Assembly (NCBI GenBank): GCA_951406725.2
Contig: OX597833.1
Coordinates: 40,486,001 to 40,550,000 of the forward strand
Length of the DNA: 64,000 nucleotides
Reading direction: 5' to 3'
Source: Octopus vulgaris
Lineage: Eukaryota
Shown: piece after piece, positions 14,201 through 27,686 of the stretch
How positions within the stretch are numbered: position 1 is the stretch's first letter
Layout of the letters: every line of letters begins with the position of its first letter
Notes under the pieces: model-generated
What the model was told of the DNA's origin: nothing
Seen by the model: only the letters and a program-made list of their open reading frames with translations
The model's database searches: none
Made by a program: the position numbers and the translations under genes

Positions 14201-17200
14201 ACGTTACTAGTGCCAAGCTGTTTCTACCTTTTCCTTGAATAACAACAGTGGCATAGAGAGGGGAGGCAGGTATGTATGGGCGACTACTGGTCTTCTATAA
14301 ACAACCTTGCCCGGACTTGTACCTCAGAGGGGAACTTTCTAGGTGCATCCCATGGTTATTCATGATTGAAGGGAATCTTATATATTTATTATACACATAC
14401 ACACTCAACTATACAATGGCCTTTCAGTTTCTGCCTACCAAATTGACTTGCAACATTTAGGTAGGTCTAGTGCAATAGAAGGCACTTGTGACCGAAGTGG
14501 GTCTTTATAAGTGTTACATATTGGACCAAAAACGAAGCTTTTCTCTAGACTGTAATATAATGTAACACACACAATGACCATATAAGGAAAGCGGCTGATA
14601 GGTACTTGTGTAAATAAATATAATGAAGCAAAATTATGCACAAGGTTCCATAGAGAAATTCGAGATTGGTTTTCTTTTTCCAGTTATGCGAAGAAAAAAT
14701 AGTTTATTCATAGTTATCAATCTGTTGCAAAAATTCAAATATACTGTTAGGAGGAATTAATATGAAAAGGATGTTTATAAGATATCGAGGAACTAAAACT
14801 AAAAAAAAGAGCAAGATTTTAATCTAATTCTACTTATAGAATTGCAATGTTTTCGGCATACTGGCAGAATGAAATTTCCTAGAATAAAATTGTTTTTGTG
14901 ACGACATTTCGAAATGAGTTCAGTCCTAGTAGTCAACCATTTGAGAAGAAACGCGAGCGTGTATACACACACGCACGCACCATGTTCTGGCTGTGATAAG
15001 AAGTTTGCTTCCCAACCACATGGTTCCAGGTTCAGGCCCTCTGCATGATACTTTGGGCAAGTGTCTTCTACTATAGCCTACTATATATGTATATATATAA
15101 TCAGCCGAAATTGCTACGATGATCCGGTTCTTGACTGAAGATTGAGGGCTTCGAATATCCCGTCCGTGTTTTTTGTATCGTCTTCTAGTGTTTTGCGTTC
15201 TTGTCCCAGTTTGTATTTTTCTACATATAATAATAATAATAATATATATATATATATATGCTGATACAATCATATCCTTGTATAATTTTTAAATGTGTAT
15301 CTATGTCAGGCCGTCTGTTTTCAGTGGACTTTTAACACAAGTAGAACAAAACATTGAAATTTGTCGTCCCCGCTCTCCCTCTCTCTGTATGAGTGTGTGT
15401 GTACAAGAAAAGGCATAAATAATGAGCTTTACATTATTTTGTGCATCGTAGACTTACAACTGTTTCTGATATTATTTTAGGTGCGTTCATTGTTCCATTC
15501 ACAGCTCAGTCGGAGTACACACACACACACACATACACACACACGTATGAAATTATTTCTATATCTCGATCTATAATAATAAATGTAAGAAAAATCATCA
15601 TGGTATATTAACTGAATCTAGAGGGAAAAAATTCACAAGAAAAAGTTTCAGTTAAAGCACATTTTCAAATATTATTTTTATAGAATAAATAGAATTATTT
15701 CCTACATACTTTTAAGACCATTATATTAAGTGTGTTACCAATATGTATTGTCAAATCATTGATTAGCAACAGAAGGATATTTGTGTCAGGAAGTAAAATG
15801 CGACTTTTCTTTTAAAAATTCAAATTGTGGGATTTTTCCCCCTTGTGACGTTATAATATCCATTCGACACTGTAACGACAGTATTTCGATATTTTTCATT
15901 ACCCATTTAATACGGTATATTTCATAAAAAAATTTTTTCGGTAGTTTTTATATATAACAGTAAAATAAATGCATTTTTATCGGGTAACTTCTACAAATAC
16001 ACAGAAATAATTCCACAACAAAATCATGTTTAGCTTATATCATAATCAAGGCCGTCTTTGCTGCATTAGGCTCCTGCATAAATCAATGTAGTGGGGCTTA
16101 TAATATTTATTTTATTGACTACCAGACATAAGCATACATTGATTAAAGTTGGGCCTTTAAGATCTATAGGACTTATGGCTAATGTCTCTGTGCTTTATAA
16201 GTTATAAAAATTTTAAGAACTATGTTTCGTATTTGCAATATAATTTTAAGATGGCAGGTGTGACGTTTAATATTATACGGCAGGGCTTTCCGAGAAAATG
16301 ATAGTAATTGCTTTAACGACCCAGACAGATAAACAGGCGTAAAAATCTTTCTTTTTAGTTTTAATTTCATTGTAAATCAAAATAAATTACTGTTTAGTCT
16401 CAAATCAGCCTCGATTCAGCAACGTATAAGGGAAGGCGCTCCATCCGTGACCATTCCGTCATATCAAGGATTATACAAGCCAATTTTTTCTTTAATATGG
16501 TGGGGTGTTTTGAGGGGGTGGAATTTGTTGTTTTCGCTAACAAGATAAAGCAACCATGTGTTAGATTACTGACTTTATCAAGAGACTAACTTCCTGATTC
16601 AAGATTGTATGGACAAACATACACAAACCGTACGAGGGAGTGATCGAGCAGACCAATGTCAGAGTGCGTGTGTGTGTGTGGTTGGTTGGTTGCTAATATT
16701 TACTACACGTGGTTCCAAACAAAACCGTAATTTGTCGGTTAAGAAAAAAAATAAAACTCAGAACACACCATATCCCGTTGCCTCTCTCCCTTTCTCTCAC
16801 ACACATTCATTCTCTCTGTCTGCCCCTCTCCCCCTCTCTCACACACATTCATTCTCTCTGTCTGCTCCTTTCCCTCCCTCTGTGTGTGTGTGTGTCTCTC
16901 TCTCTCACTCTCTCTCTGCCCCTCCTATTGTATAGCCACAGCAACAACGGTAACAGTTGCATAAAGCACACGGTCTGATAGATATAATGGCTGTGGTGTA
17001 GTGGTTGGAAATGGAGCTGATGGTAATAGTGGTAGTGAATGTGGTGGTGGTTGTATAGTATTGCGTTTATCTTATAATAGTTGTAATTTCATTATATTTA
17101 TAGCTTTGCCACATGCATGCATATATACATGTGTATATACTCTTAACTCTCTCTTTTACTCTTTTACTTGTTTCAGTCATTTGACTGCGGCCATGCTGGA

Positions 17201-17376
17201 GCACCGCCTTTAGTCGAGCAAATCGACGCCGGGACTTATTCTTTGTAAGCCCAGTACTTATTCTATCGGTCTCTTTTGCCGAACCGCTAAGTGACGGGGA
17301 CGTAAACACACCAGCATCGGTTGTCAAGCAATGCTAGGGGGACAAATACAGACACACAAACATACACACACACACA

Positions 17377-17430
<54 letters not shown>

Positions 17431-19522
17431 TACGTCAGGCTTCTTTCAGTTTCCGTCTACCAAATCCACTGACAAGGCATTGGTCGGCCCGGGGCTATAG
17501 CAGAAGACACTTGCCCAAGGTGCCATGCAGTGGGACTGAACCCGGAACCGTGTGGTTGGTAAGCAAGCTACTTACCACACAGCCACTCCTGCGCCTATAT
17601 GTGTGGGATCTTTTCAGTTTGAACGGCAGTTTTTTTCTAGCGGTGTCATATGAAATTGTCACCCATAATTATGACCCTGGTATCGATCTATTGCATTTCA
17701 ATCTGCTTTAGGGTTAGGGTGGGGGAAGGGTATCTTTTTTTTCTTCACAAATGTAAATAAACCCAATCTATTTCTTAAACAAGGGACATATTCATACGAC
17801 CCAGAATGTTGTTTTTTTACCTCAATAGACGTCATTGATTGGTTGAAATTGCAGAAATTGAAGAAAAAACAACAAATATCTTACAAACTACAGAATTTTC
17901 TCAATAAAGCCAAGAGAAAAAGATGTCTTATAAACACATTCTACCAGTATACGAAGTTTAAAATTTTTTAATTACCTAGAAATTATGTTAAAAACTGTCG
18001 TTCAAACCGAAAAGATCCTATATATATTATATAAAATCCGTTCTGTCTGTGTGTCTTCTAGGATCTCGGGCATCCTCTATCCGATTGCGCTCAAATTTCA
18101 CATGTAGATACCGACGGTATCAGGGCGTGTATAAGTCTTGAAAAAATTACAAAATTCGACTCCAGGTGAGAATGCGATCGATAAAGCCGTGGGAACGTGC
18201 ATTTGTATGCGCAAGTACATCAGCTGTTGCGATGTACTTACTGGTACTTTAAACTCTTCGGTTGCATATTTGTGTGAATAAAATCGTTTTTCTTTGGAAT
18301 AGAAAAAAAGTCTATCTATTTCTTCTTTTGATGGTGTCTCAAATTTAGGTTAAATCAGTTTTTCATCCCTTTTGCCATTCTCTTCAAAGATTTTTCCTTT
18401 TTTTTTTTTTTCCATATTTCTGCAACAAATCACTGATGGAAACCCATTGGGGAAGTTAGCCTCATTCAACTGATGTGGGGCCTGAATATTGAGCCTAATG
18501 ACATAACTAAGTTGATGCAGATGGCTTTTAACACTTCATATTGGATATTTAGAGAATACCTATCATCATCATCATTGTTCGACCGTGGTCGAGACAATGG
18601 AATTTACTATTTTACGCCAGACTTCACGGTCCATCATAGCATTACGGAGGTCCTGTTGCTGGATGCCTGTATCCCTGGAGATTACATCAGGGTAGGAGAG
18701 TGTGCGCCCTCTGGTATTGCGAGTAGATGGCTTCCAGAGGAGAAGAGTAGAAATTCTTTTTCAGCTCTACAACAATGTCCAGCAAACTGGACTCTCCTAC
18801 CTTTCACAAGAGATGACACAGGTGGTAATTTCCCATATATTTGCATTTTGGTTGGATGGCGCTTCCACGAGAGATTTTGAGCTCTCATAAGGAGGCGAGT
18901 GTAGGTTTCATCCAACCGCCTCTCAAGCTTCTTTGATAACGTCCAGGTTTCTGAGCCATATAGTAGAATTGGTTCGACTGTGGCTTTGAATATTTCAAGT
19001 TTGAAGTCTCTACTTAGATTTGATGACCAGATCTTATGCATGTCATTACAGGCTGACCAGGCCAGACCCTTTCTAGTTAGAGAATACCTATGCTTAATCT
19101 GGTTGTATAACAAGAGTTGGTATTGCCGTCACTCTCAGTTGGCTGGTGAGAGCGAGATGTATTATGAAGCAAAAAATGTCCATAACAGCATCCTCTCCTT
19201 GGCTGTGTGTATATATATATATATATATATATTCTTACCTTGGCTGTGTGGTAAGAATATATATATATATATTTACTTATATAGATATATATATATATTC
19301 TGAAATGTAACCACATGTGGACTGTTGGTAATTTTTCCTTATTTTTTCCTTCTTTCTCTTTGAACTTTCTGGTTTCCGATGAAAACCTACTCTCAAAATG
19401 TCAACAATAACTCTCTCCCTTCACTGAGCTTCAAATTAATATATTTCTTGTGCTCGTCCTCACATTTGTTTTTTCCTTTTTTTTCTCTGTTTTTTTAATT
19501 GTTTGTTTATTTGAACTGACTA

Positions 19523-19553
<31 letters not shown>

Positions 19554-21243
19554 ATCCAAGCATGAAAACAAAGAGAAAACACAACAACGCGAGGACGTGG
19601 AACAAGTGTAGTGTTACTGGACGCTCCGGAAAGGAAAGAAAGAAGGAGGATTTAACGTTTTGAGCGGAGCTCTTTGTCAGAAACATAGAAAAGGGAAAGG
19701 TCCAAGGAAGGGAAGACGGAGGAAAAAAAATCGCCAACGATACACACGTGGTCATATACCAATGCATCTCACATACACGTTGGGGGTTTGGTGCATATTG
19801 TCAGTGGCGTGCTTGCGTGTCGTCCAGTGTGCAGAGCTGGCTGGGGATCGAATCAAAGAGTGGCTGTGTGGTAAGTAGCTTGCTTACCAACCACATGGTT
19901 CTGAGTTCAGTCCCACTGCGTGGCACCTTGGGCAAGTGCCTTCAACTATAGCCTTGGGTTGACCAAAGCTTTGTGAGTGAATTTGGTAGGCAGAAACTGA
20001 AAGAAGCCCATCGTATATATTTTTATATATATACGTATATGTTTGTGCGTCTGTTAGTCCCCCTACCATTGCTTGACAACTGATGTTGGTGTGTTTATTT
20101 CCCTGTAACTTAGCAGTTCGGCAAAAGTGACCATTAGAATAAGTACTAGGCTTATGAAGAATAAATACTCTGGTCAATTTGTTTGACTAAAGGCGGTGCT
20201 GCAGCATGGCCGCAGTCAAATGACTGAAACAAATAAAAGAATTATATATGTGTATGTGTGTTTGTCCCCCACCATCACTTGACAACCAGTATTGGTGTGT
20301 TTACATCTTTGTAACTTAGTGGTTCAGCAAAAGAGACCGGTAGAATAAGTACTAGGCTTTATAAAAAATAAGTACTGGAGTTGATTCGTTTGACTAAAAT
20401 TCTTCAAGATGGTGCCCCAGCATGGCCACAGTCTAATTACTGAAAAAATACAAAGAAGATACAGTGCATATATTCCTTAAGGTTTCTTCTACCTTTTTGC
20501 CGTTTTTAAATAAAAAAGCATGAAATGTGGATGAGGTTTATTCTGGTTCGCCATTTCCAGGGTGATCCCAAGCAAACGACTTGCAACCTGTCTTGTTGCA
20601 AGTTTGCATCTATGTTGAAGTGTCAAGCCTCAAATGAGTGCATGTGTGCAAGGAGCAGACTGGAGTTAGCTACTTATTAGATTTCTTGAAGGTTAGTATC
20701 AGTAAAACCTGAACGGACTTTTTGGCCAACCAAATTCATATATATATATATATATATTATTTATATACATGCATACATGTGTGTGTGCGTGTGTGTATAC
20801 AAACTCACTCACATGTCCACATGTGAGCATGGCTTTGTGGTTAAGAGGTTCGTTTCACAACCATGTGGTGTCCCACTTGCTCAAGGTGCAAGACCTATTG
20901 AGCAAGTGTCTTTGCTATAGCCCAATTCAATGAAAGGCTTACAAGTGGATTTGGTAGCGAAAAACTGAAAGAAGCCCTTCTCATATGCATGTATGTATAT
21001 ATATATATATATAACAATTGCAGCGTGGAAGGTGTTTGTAAGCCATTTAAGAAACACACAAAAGCCGTTCGATTCACTTCAACATTTAAGTTTAATTTGT
21101 CAAAATATTTTCGTCGCTTTAAGACCGCGACCTGTTTAACGGCTTTTGTGTGTTTCTTAAATGGCTTACAAACACCTTCCATGCTGCAATTGTTTTCGTT
21201 TCAGCACACAATCTCAGATCAAATCACTTGCTATGCAAGTACA

Positions 21244-21294
<51 letters not shown>

Positions 21295-24200
21295 TTGATG
21301 TTTTGTTGAAGCATAGCAATACTAATAGCCTGGTGTTAGAACTCGGTATACATATGCGTCAGACTAAAGCATTAGTTGTGTACAGAGCATAATATGGAAT
21401 TAAGTAAATAAAGAAAGAGAAAATTATGCTATGAATTTCATTAGCTTACAGCTGTTCCTGTTATAAGATGCAGTGCTCCAATGAAGCTATAAGGTGATGC
21501 ACAAGCACTTAGCCTTCAGTGCACTGTATCTCATAACAGAAACAGCTGTAAGCTAATGAAGTTCATTGTGTAATATCCTGTTCACTTGACATTCATTTAG
21601 TTACATACGTGTGTGTGTGTGTCTGCGTGTCTGTGCCTGTATATGATCCAGGAATCCAAATGTAAGAAATTTGTAAGCTTCAAGCAGTAGTTGGTTAGTA
21701 TAGAGAAAAAATGGACAGTATGTGGTAAGACACAATCAATAACTATTTATTGACATCAAGAGTTACATGTGTTTTCGCATACTGAAATTGTAAAAAAATT
21801 TGTTCAGCGGATAGTTTCTATACACTGTTAGCAACTAATAGTGCTAAAAATGTGATTAAAATTCCAAACTGAAGGAGTGGAATAGGTAAAATGTAAGCTC
21901 TATGCATTTCTTAACTGGTTGAAGTTCATGCAAGTGTTGCACAATGAACTTTCTTCTGCATAGCTAATCATCAGGCTAAAATTACTTTAATGAAGTTTAC
22001 ATTGCTGCATGGAATTCCTAAGTCAGCCATAACACAACGGTGAGTCCAACTGAATAGCAAAGTCAATAGTAAAGAATAATAAAGACAAAAGTTGAGAGAA
22101 CCAATGAACATTTTAGCACAAGGTAAGATCCAAAATATGCATAGAGTGGGAGTGGTTTGGAGTCAAAGAGTAGGAAGCAAAGGAAAGGAAAGGAAAGAAG
22201 AAAAAGATTATGGGAAATAACAGGGTATGTATTGGGGTAATAAAACCCTTTTCAAGAGATGTTGACTGCAGATTTTGGTAGATAGCACGCCAGGCGAAAT
22301 GCTTAGCGGTATTTCGTCTGCCGTTACGTTCTGAGTTCAAATTCCACTGAGGTCGACTTTGCCTTTCATCCTTTCGGGGTCGATAAATTAAGTACCAGTT
22401 TCACACTGGGGTCGATGTAATCGACTTAATCCCTTTGTCTATCCTTGTTTGTTCCCTCTATGTTTAGCCCCTTGAGGGTAATAAAGAAATAAGATTTGGT
22501 AGATAGTTAGCACGCCAGGTGAAATGCTTAGCGGTATTTTGTCTGCTGTTACGTTCTGAGTTCAAATTCCGCTGAGGTTGACTTTGCCTTTCATCCTTTC
22601 GGGGTCGATAAATTAAGTACCAGTTTCACACTGGGGTCGATGTAATCGACTTAATCCCTTTGTCTATCCTTGTTTGTTCCCTCTATGTTTAGCCCCTTGA
22701 GGGTAATAAAGAAATAAAATTTTGGCAGACACTATGTTGTCCAAATTTATGTGAGTGAATGGGTAGCGGAGTCAGATTGTTCATGCCATCTGCTCTATTG
22801 GGGGTCACCATACAGCTTGCAGGACTATTAACCCTGGGAGAGGTGGGAGATTAACTTCATGCTAGGGGTCAAGGGGTTAAACTGTCAGAAGGAAGGGGGT
22901 GTTCTTCTAAATATTAACACCAGTCAGTACTATTATAAATAATATTCTTCTAAGATGGGCCTATTTCTGGCATTTAGAACTTAAAATGAACTGATCACAA
23001 ACTTAATTCTTTTTGTTGAAAGACACTACAAAATACCTGTCATGGATTTGAATCAAAAGCCTATGGACCAGTAACCTACAACATTATCTGCTGACATTGT
23101 TCATCACAGTGTTCTATGATGTTGGTTGTTGTTTAACCTCAGATCATTGTCTCTGACCTTTAAGATGATGGGGTGGGGTATAATTAACCCTTTTGTTGCC
23201 ATATTTCTGTTGACATATAATGCTTTTGTTTCAGTTTATTTTTAAAATAAAGAATTTAGTGGAATAACTTTCTCATTATTGAGCTGGGGGCTGGAACAAA
23301 CTGACATAAAATTTCAATGGAAGATTATAATTTAGATCACATTAAAACAGTAAGTTTGTCATAGAGCCAGGGACACTCTCAGGTAGTTTGGTTTTCAAAG
23401 GTTTAAAATAAGATGTGGTTGCTTTTTCTAGCTTGTTTAGTTATCACATTGAAGTTCCCCTATTGCTATATGTGAAGGTGGTATTGTTTAGCCCTGATCA
23501 ATCAAATACATTCCGGTTGTGACCATCATGCCTTTTACCTATGTGCAGGAAACTCAGGACCACATCATCCTCTTTTTTTTTTATGTCCATTGTCCATGTT
23601 GGCATGGGTTGGACAGTTTGACCAGGGCTGGTAAGGCTGTACCGGGCTCCAGTCTAATTTGTCTTGGTTTTCTATGGCTGGATGTCCTTCCTAACGCCAA
23701 CCACTCAGAGTGTAATGGGTGCTTTATGTGCCACCGGCACAGGTGCCATTTGCATGACACTGATATCTTCCACGACTGCAATTGTTCTCAGCATGATGGG
23801 TTTTCTTCTCAAGCACTACATAATGCCAAAGGCCCAACATTCGAAAGGAACCCAGCCACTTTGATCCATGTGGCTCAACACTAAAAAGGAACTCAGTCAC
23901 ATTGCCTGCATTTAAAAAAAAAATTTTTCCTAACTTGGAAATGGGTGATTTGACTGCTAGTTGGAGCAAGTCAGCCAACCACCACATAGGTACTCACTAA
24001 CTGGCTTATATCTAATGTTTATAATGGTGTTGGTGTGTGGTCTGGTGTGGTGTAGCAGTGATACTGCTGAAGTTTTTTTTAACCCTTCTCTCTTAATTTC
24101 TTTTACAGGCTGCAGACACATTAGCTGTGCGACAGAAACGACGGATATACGACATCACGAATGTTCTAGAAGGAATCGGATTAATAGAAAAGAAATCAAA

Positions 24201-27200
24201 AAACAGTATCCAATGGAAGTAAGTATGCATTCCCATACATCATCCTGTAATGCACCAGGACACATTGTGTTTGATGTTTCCTGGGTTCGTTAGGTATTTT
24301 AGGTCTTTCAACATTAGACAGCCTCACCCAGATGACCCAGCTGGGATTAAAATCAATCCCCAGTTTTGTCTAGTTGGCACTATCTCTGGATCCCTGGTAG
24401 CAGTACCCCTTCCAGGGTTTGCACCTCCTGATCTGCAGTCAACTTGAAGCAGCCTTTGCTGCCTCCACAACCAACCTAATGGTCACCTGCCTTCTGGCCC
24501 TTTTCATTCCAAGCATATTACTGTAAGCTCTGTGGAGGGACTGACTTACAAACCCTCTGTACCCCACCTTGATGGCAACACACCTTACTTGCCACTCATT
24601 GCTTTGGCATAGCTCCACTTGGTCATCATATTTTCTTCCTCGGTGCTAAAAACAATAATGGTTTTAGATTTTTGGTACAAGGGCAGCAGTTTTTGAGGAG
24701 AGGGGGAAGCTGATTACATCGATCCCAGTATTTTACTGGTTCTTATTTTATTGACCCCAAAAGGATGAAAGGCAAAGTCAACCTCCGTAGAACTTGAGCA
24801 TAAAAATGGGCAAAATTCCACTAAACATTTTGTTTAATGTGATAATGATTCTGCTAGCTTACCACAACAACAACAATAATAATGGTTTTAAATTTTGGCA
24901 CAGGGGAGTAGGTAAGTTGATTATATTAACCCTGGTGCTCAACTACTGCTTATTTAGTTGACCCTGAAAGGATGAAAGGCAAAGTTGACCCCAGTTTGTC
25001 ATGTTTAATAAAATTAGATGACTTTAAACTGTTCAGATTTGTGCAATTCCAAAGGGTAGTATTGAATTATATGGATGCCAACTCCATTTTGTCTTCTTAT
25101 TAATGGTGGGTGGTTTAAATGTTTAAAGGATACCAAAATATCTAATTCAGTGGTTCATAAACTGGCAAATACCACTGAATTTTTGGTATCCTTTAAACAT
25201 TTAGCATTTAAACCAGCCATATGAGGCCCAAATATCCTATTGGTTTTATGTTCAAACTGGCCAGATCCAGCCTTTCATGCACATCTTACAATGTCAGTTT
25301 AAAAATAATCACGTCTTCAAAATCTCAAATCTGGCAGATAATGCATGATTAATTCATACCAGCATGAAAGACAGACATTAAACAATGATGATGATGAATA
25401 AATAAGCATTATATTTGACAGTAATCTGAATGCTAAAGAGTTAAACTGGCCATATCTAAACTGCCCAAATATTTGTTTTATGTTCACCCCCAGCTAGTTT
25501 CAGCTCTCACATCTACCTTACAATGTCATTCTGAAAATAAACATTAGCATTTAAACCAGCCATATGAGGCCCAAATATCCTATTGGTTTTATGTTCAAAC
25601 TGGCCAGATCCAGCCTTTCATGCACATCTTACAATGTCAGTTTAAAAATAATCACGTCTTCAAAATCTCAAATCTGGCAGATAATGCATGATTAATTCAT
25701 ACCAGCATGAAAGACAGACATTAAACAATGATGATGATGAATAAATAAGCATTATATTTGACAGTAATCTGAATGCTAAAGAGTTAAACTGGCCATATCT
25801 AAACTGCCCAAATATTTGTTTTATGTTCACCCCCAGCTAGTTTCAGCTCTCACATCTACCTTACAATGTCATTCTGAAAATAAACAATCACATTATCAAA
25901 ATCTCAAATCTGTGAGATAATGCATGATTAATTCAAAACGATATAGATAAATAAGCATTACATTTGACAGAATTATCTGAATGCTAAAGGATTAATCTTA
26001 TCTGTAGTAGAGTTACTATGTAACCATTTCATGTCATTTCTGTATGGCTTCTTTGTGTTTCCTCTAATAACTCACAACTTTCTCTGATTCAGGAAAACCC
26101 CTTCTTAACAGTTCTCTTGTTTTCTGTAAATCCCACAAACTTAAATTTGAAAGCAGCAATATATGATGAACTCGCACACCCACTCACCCTCTCTAATCCC
26201 TTGGTCCACTTCACAGTATACACCTCTCTGTAATTTGAGTGAATGGATTCTGTCCTCTGTCCTCCTCCCTGGCAAGTTCTCCATGTTTTCACCATCTTCT
26301 CTCTCTCTCTCTTCCCCCACCTGAAGTAGCCATGTTTCTCCTCTAATGCAAAACACCTATTTTTCCATCCCTCACTATAACCCCCCCACCCATTTGAGGG
26401 GTCTTATCCTGCAAGTTACTTCACTTGGTGAGCTTACTGCTGCTACTGGTACCACCACATAAAAAGCACCCAGTCCACTCTGTAAAGTGGTTGGTCTCAA
26501 GAAGGACATTCAACTGTAGTAGAGCCTTGCCAAAGCAGGCAGCAGAGCCTTGGTGCAATCTTCTGACTTGGCCAATTCCTGTCAAACTACCCAACCCATG
26601 CCAGCATAGAAAACAGACATTAAATGATGATGATGGTGATGATGATGATGATGATTTTCTCTTCACACCAGTTGTTGCCATGATGATAATCTTTGTCATG
26701 AGGTAAATTTTACCCTTTTATCCCTCTTTGACTCTTGTACAGCATGACAGACAAGCTATTATGAAATCTGACTTTTTCCATTCTTTTCTCTCTTGACATT
26801 CACTCCTTCTGTGTTTCTTTATTTTTCCATACCATTTGCTTTGTGTTTTTCAAATTTTTCCATTACGTATGCTCACTTCTGTTTTTCGTCAATAATTTAA
26901 CTCATTACCATCCACTCCCCACCCATACAGTTCATCGTACTGCTTTAGCTGCTGGCCTCTTCTTCAGTATGTTTACATCCAGTCCACAAGCTCAAAAGAC
27001 CTGATCTAGAATAACTTTCCCAGGCTTTCCCACATTTGAAGAATGTGGTAATTTATTCAAGATGGATGCATTCGTATACAATATATCCTTGCCATGGCTC
27101 AACGTTTACTGTAACAGCTGGTTGCAGAAATGATGAAATATCTTGCGCAATATTTCTTAGTTTCATGTATAAATCACATGCAAAAAAAAAAAAGTGGTAT

Positions 27201-27639
27201 ATAAAAAAAGTGCAACTTATATACACAAATAAATAATCTATTTATGTTTGTGTGATGTGTGTATAACAAAACAGGAAATTGAAAATTTTTTCTTATTTAT
27301 TCACCATTACATGTGTTTCATTTGCTAATAGAAATTACAAAGTTTTACATGTTAGATAGACATGTAAGGAATTTTCCTGTTAGAAATTCTTGACAGAGAA
27401 ATCATATAGTGCATATACATGTGTGTGTGTGTGTGTATATATATTACTCTTTTACTTATTTCAGTCATTCGATTGGGGCCATGCTGGAGCATCGCCTTTA
27501 GTTGAGCAAATCAACCCCAGGACTTATTCTTTGTAAGCCTAGTACTTATTCTATTGGTCTCTTTTGCCGAACCACTAAGTTACGAGAACGTAAACACCGC
27601 AGCATCGGTTGTCAAGCGATGTTGGGAGGACAAACACAC

Positions 27640-27686
<47 letters not shown>

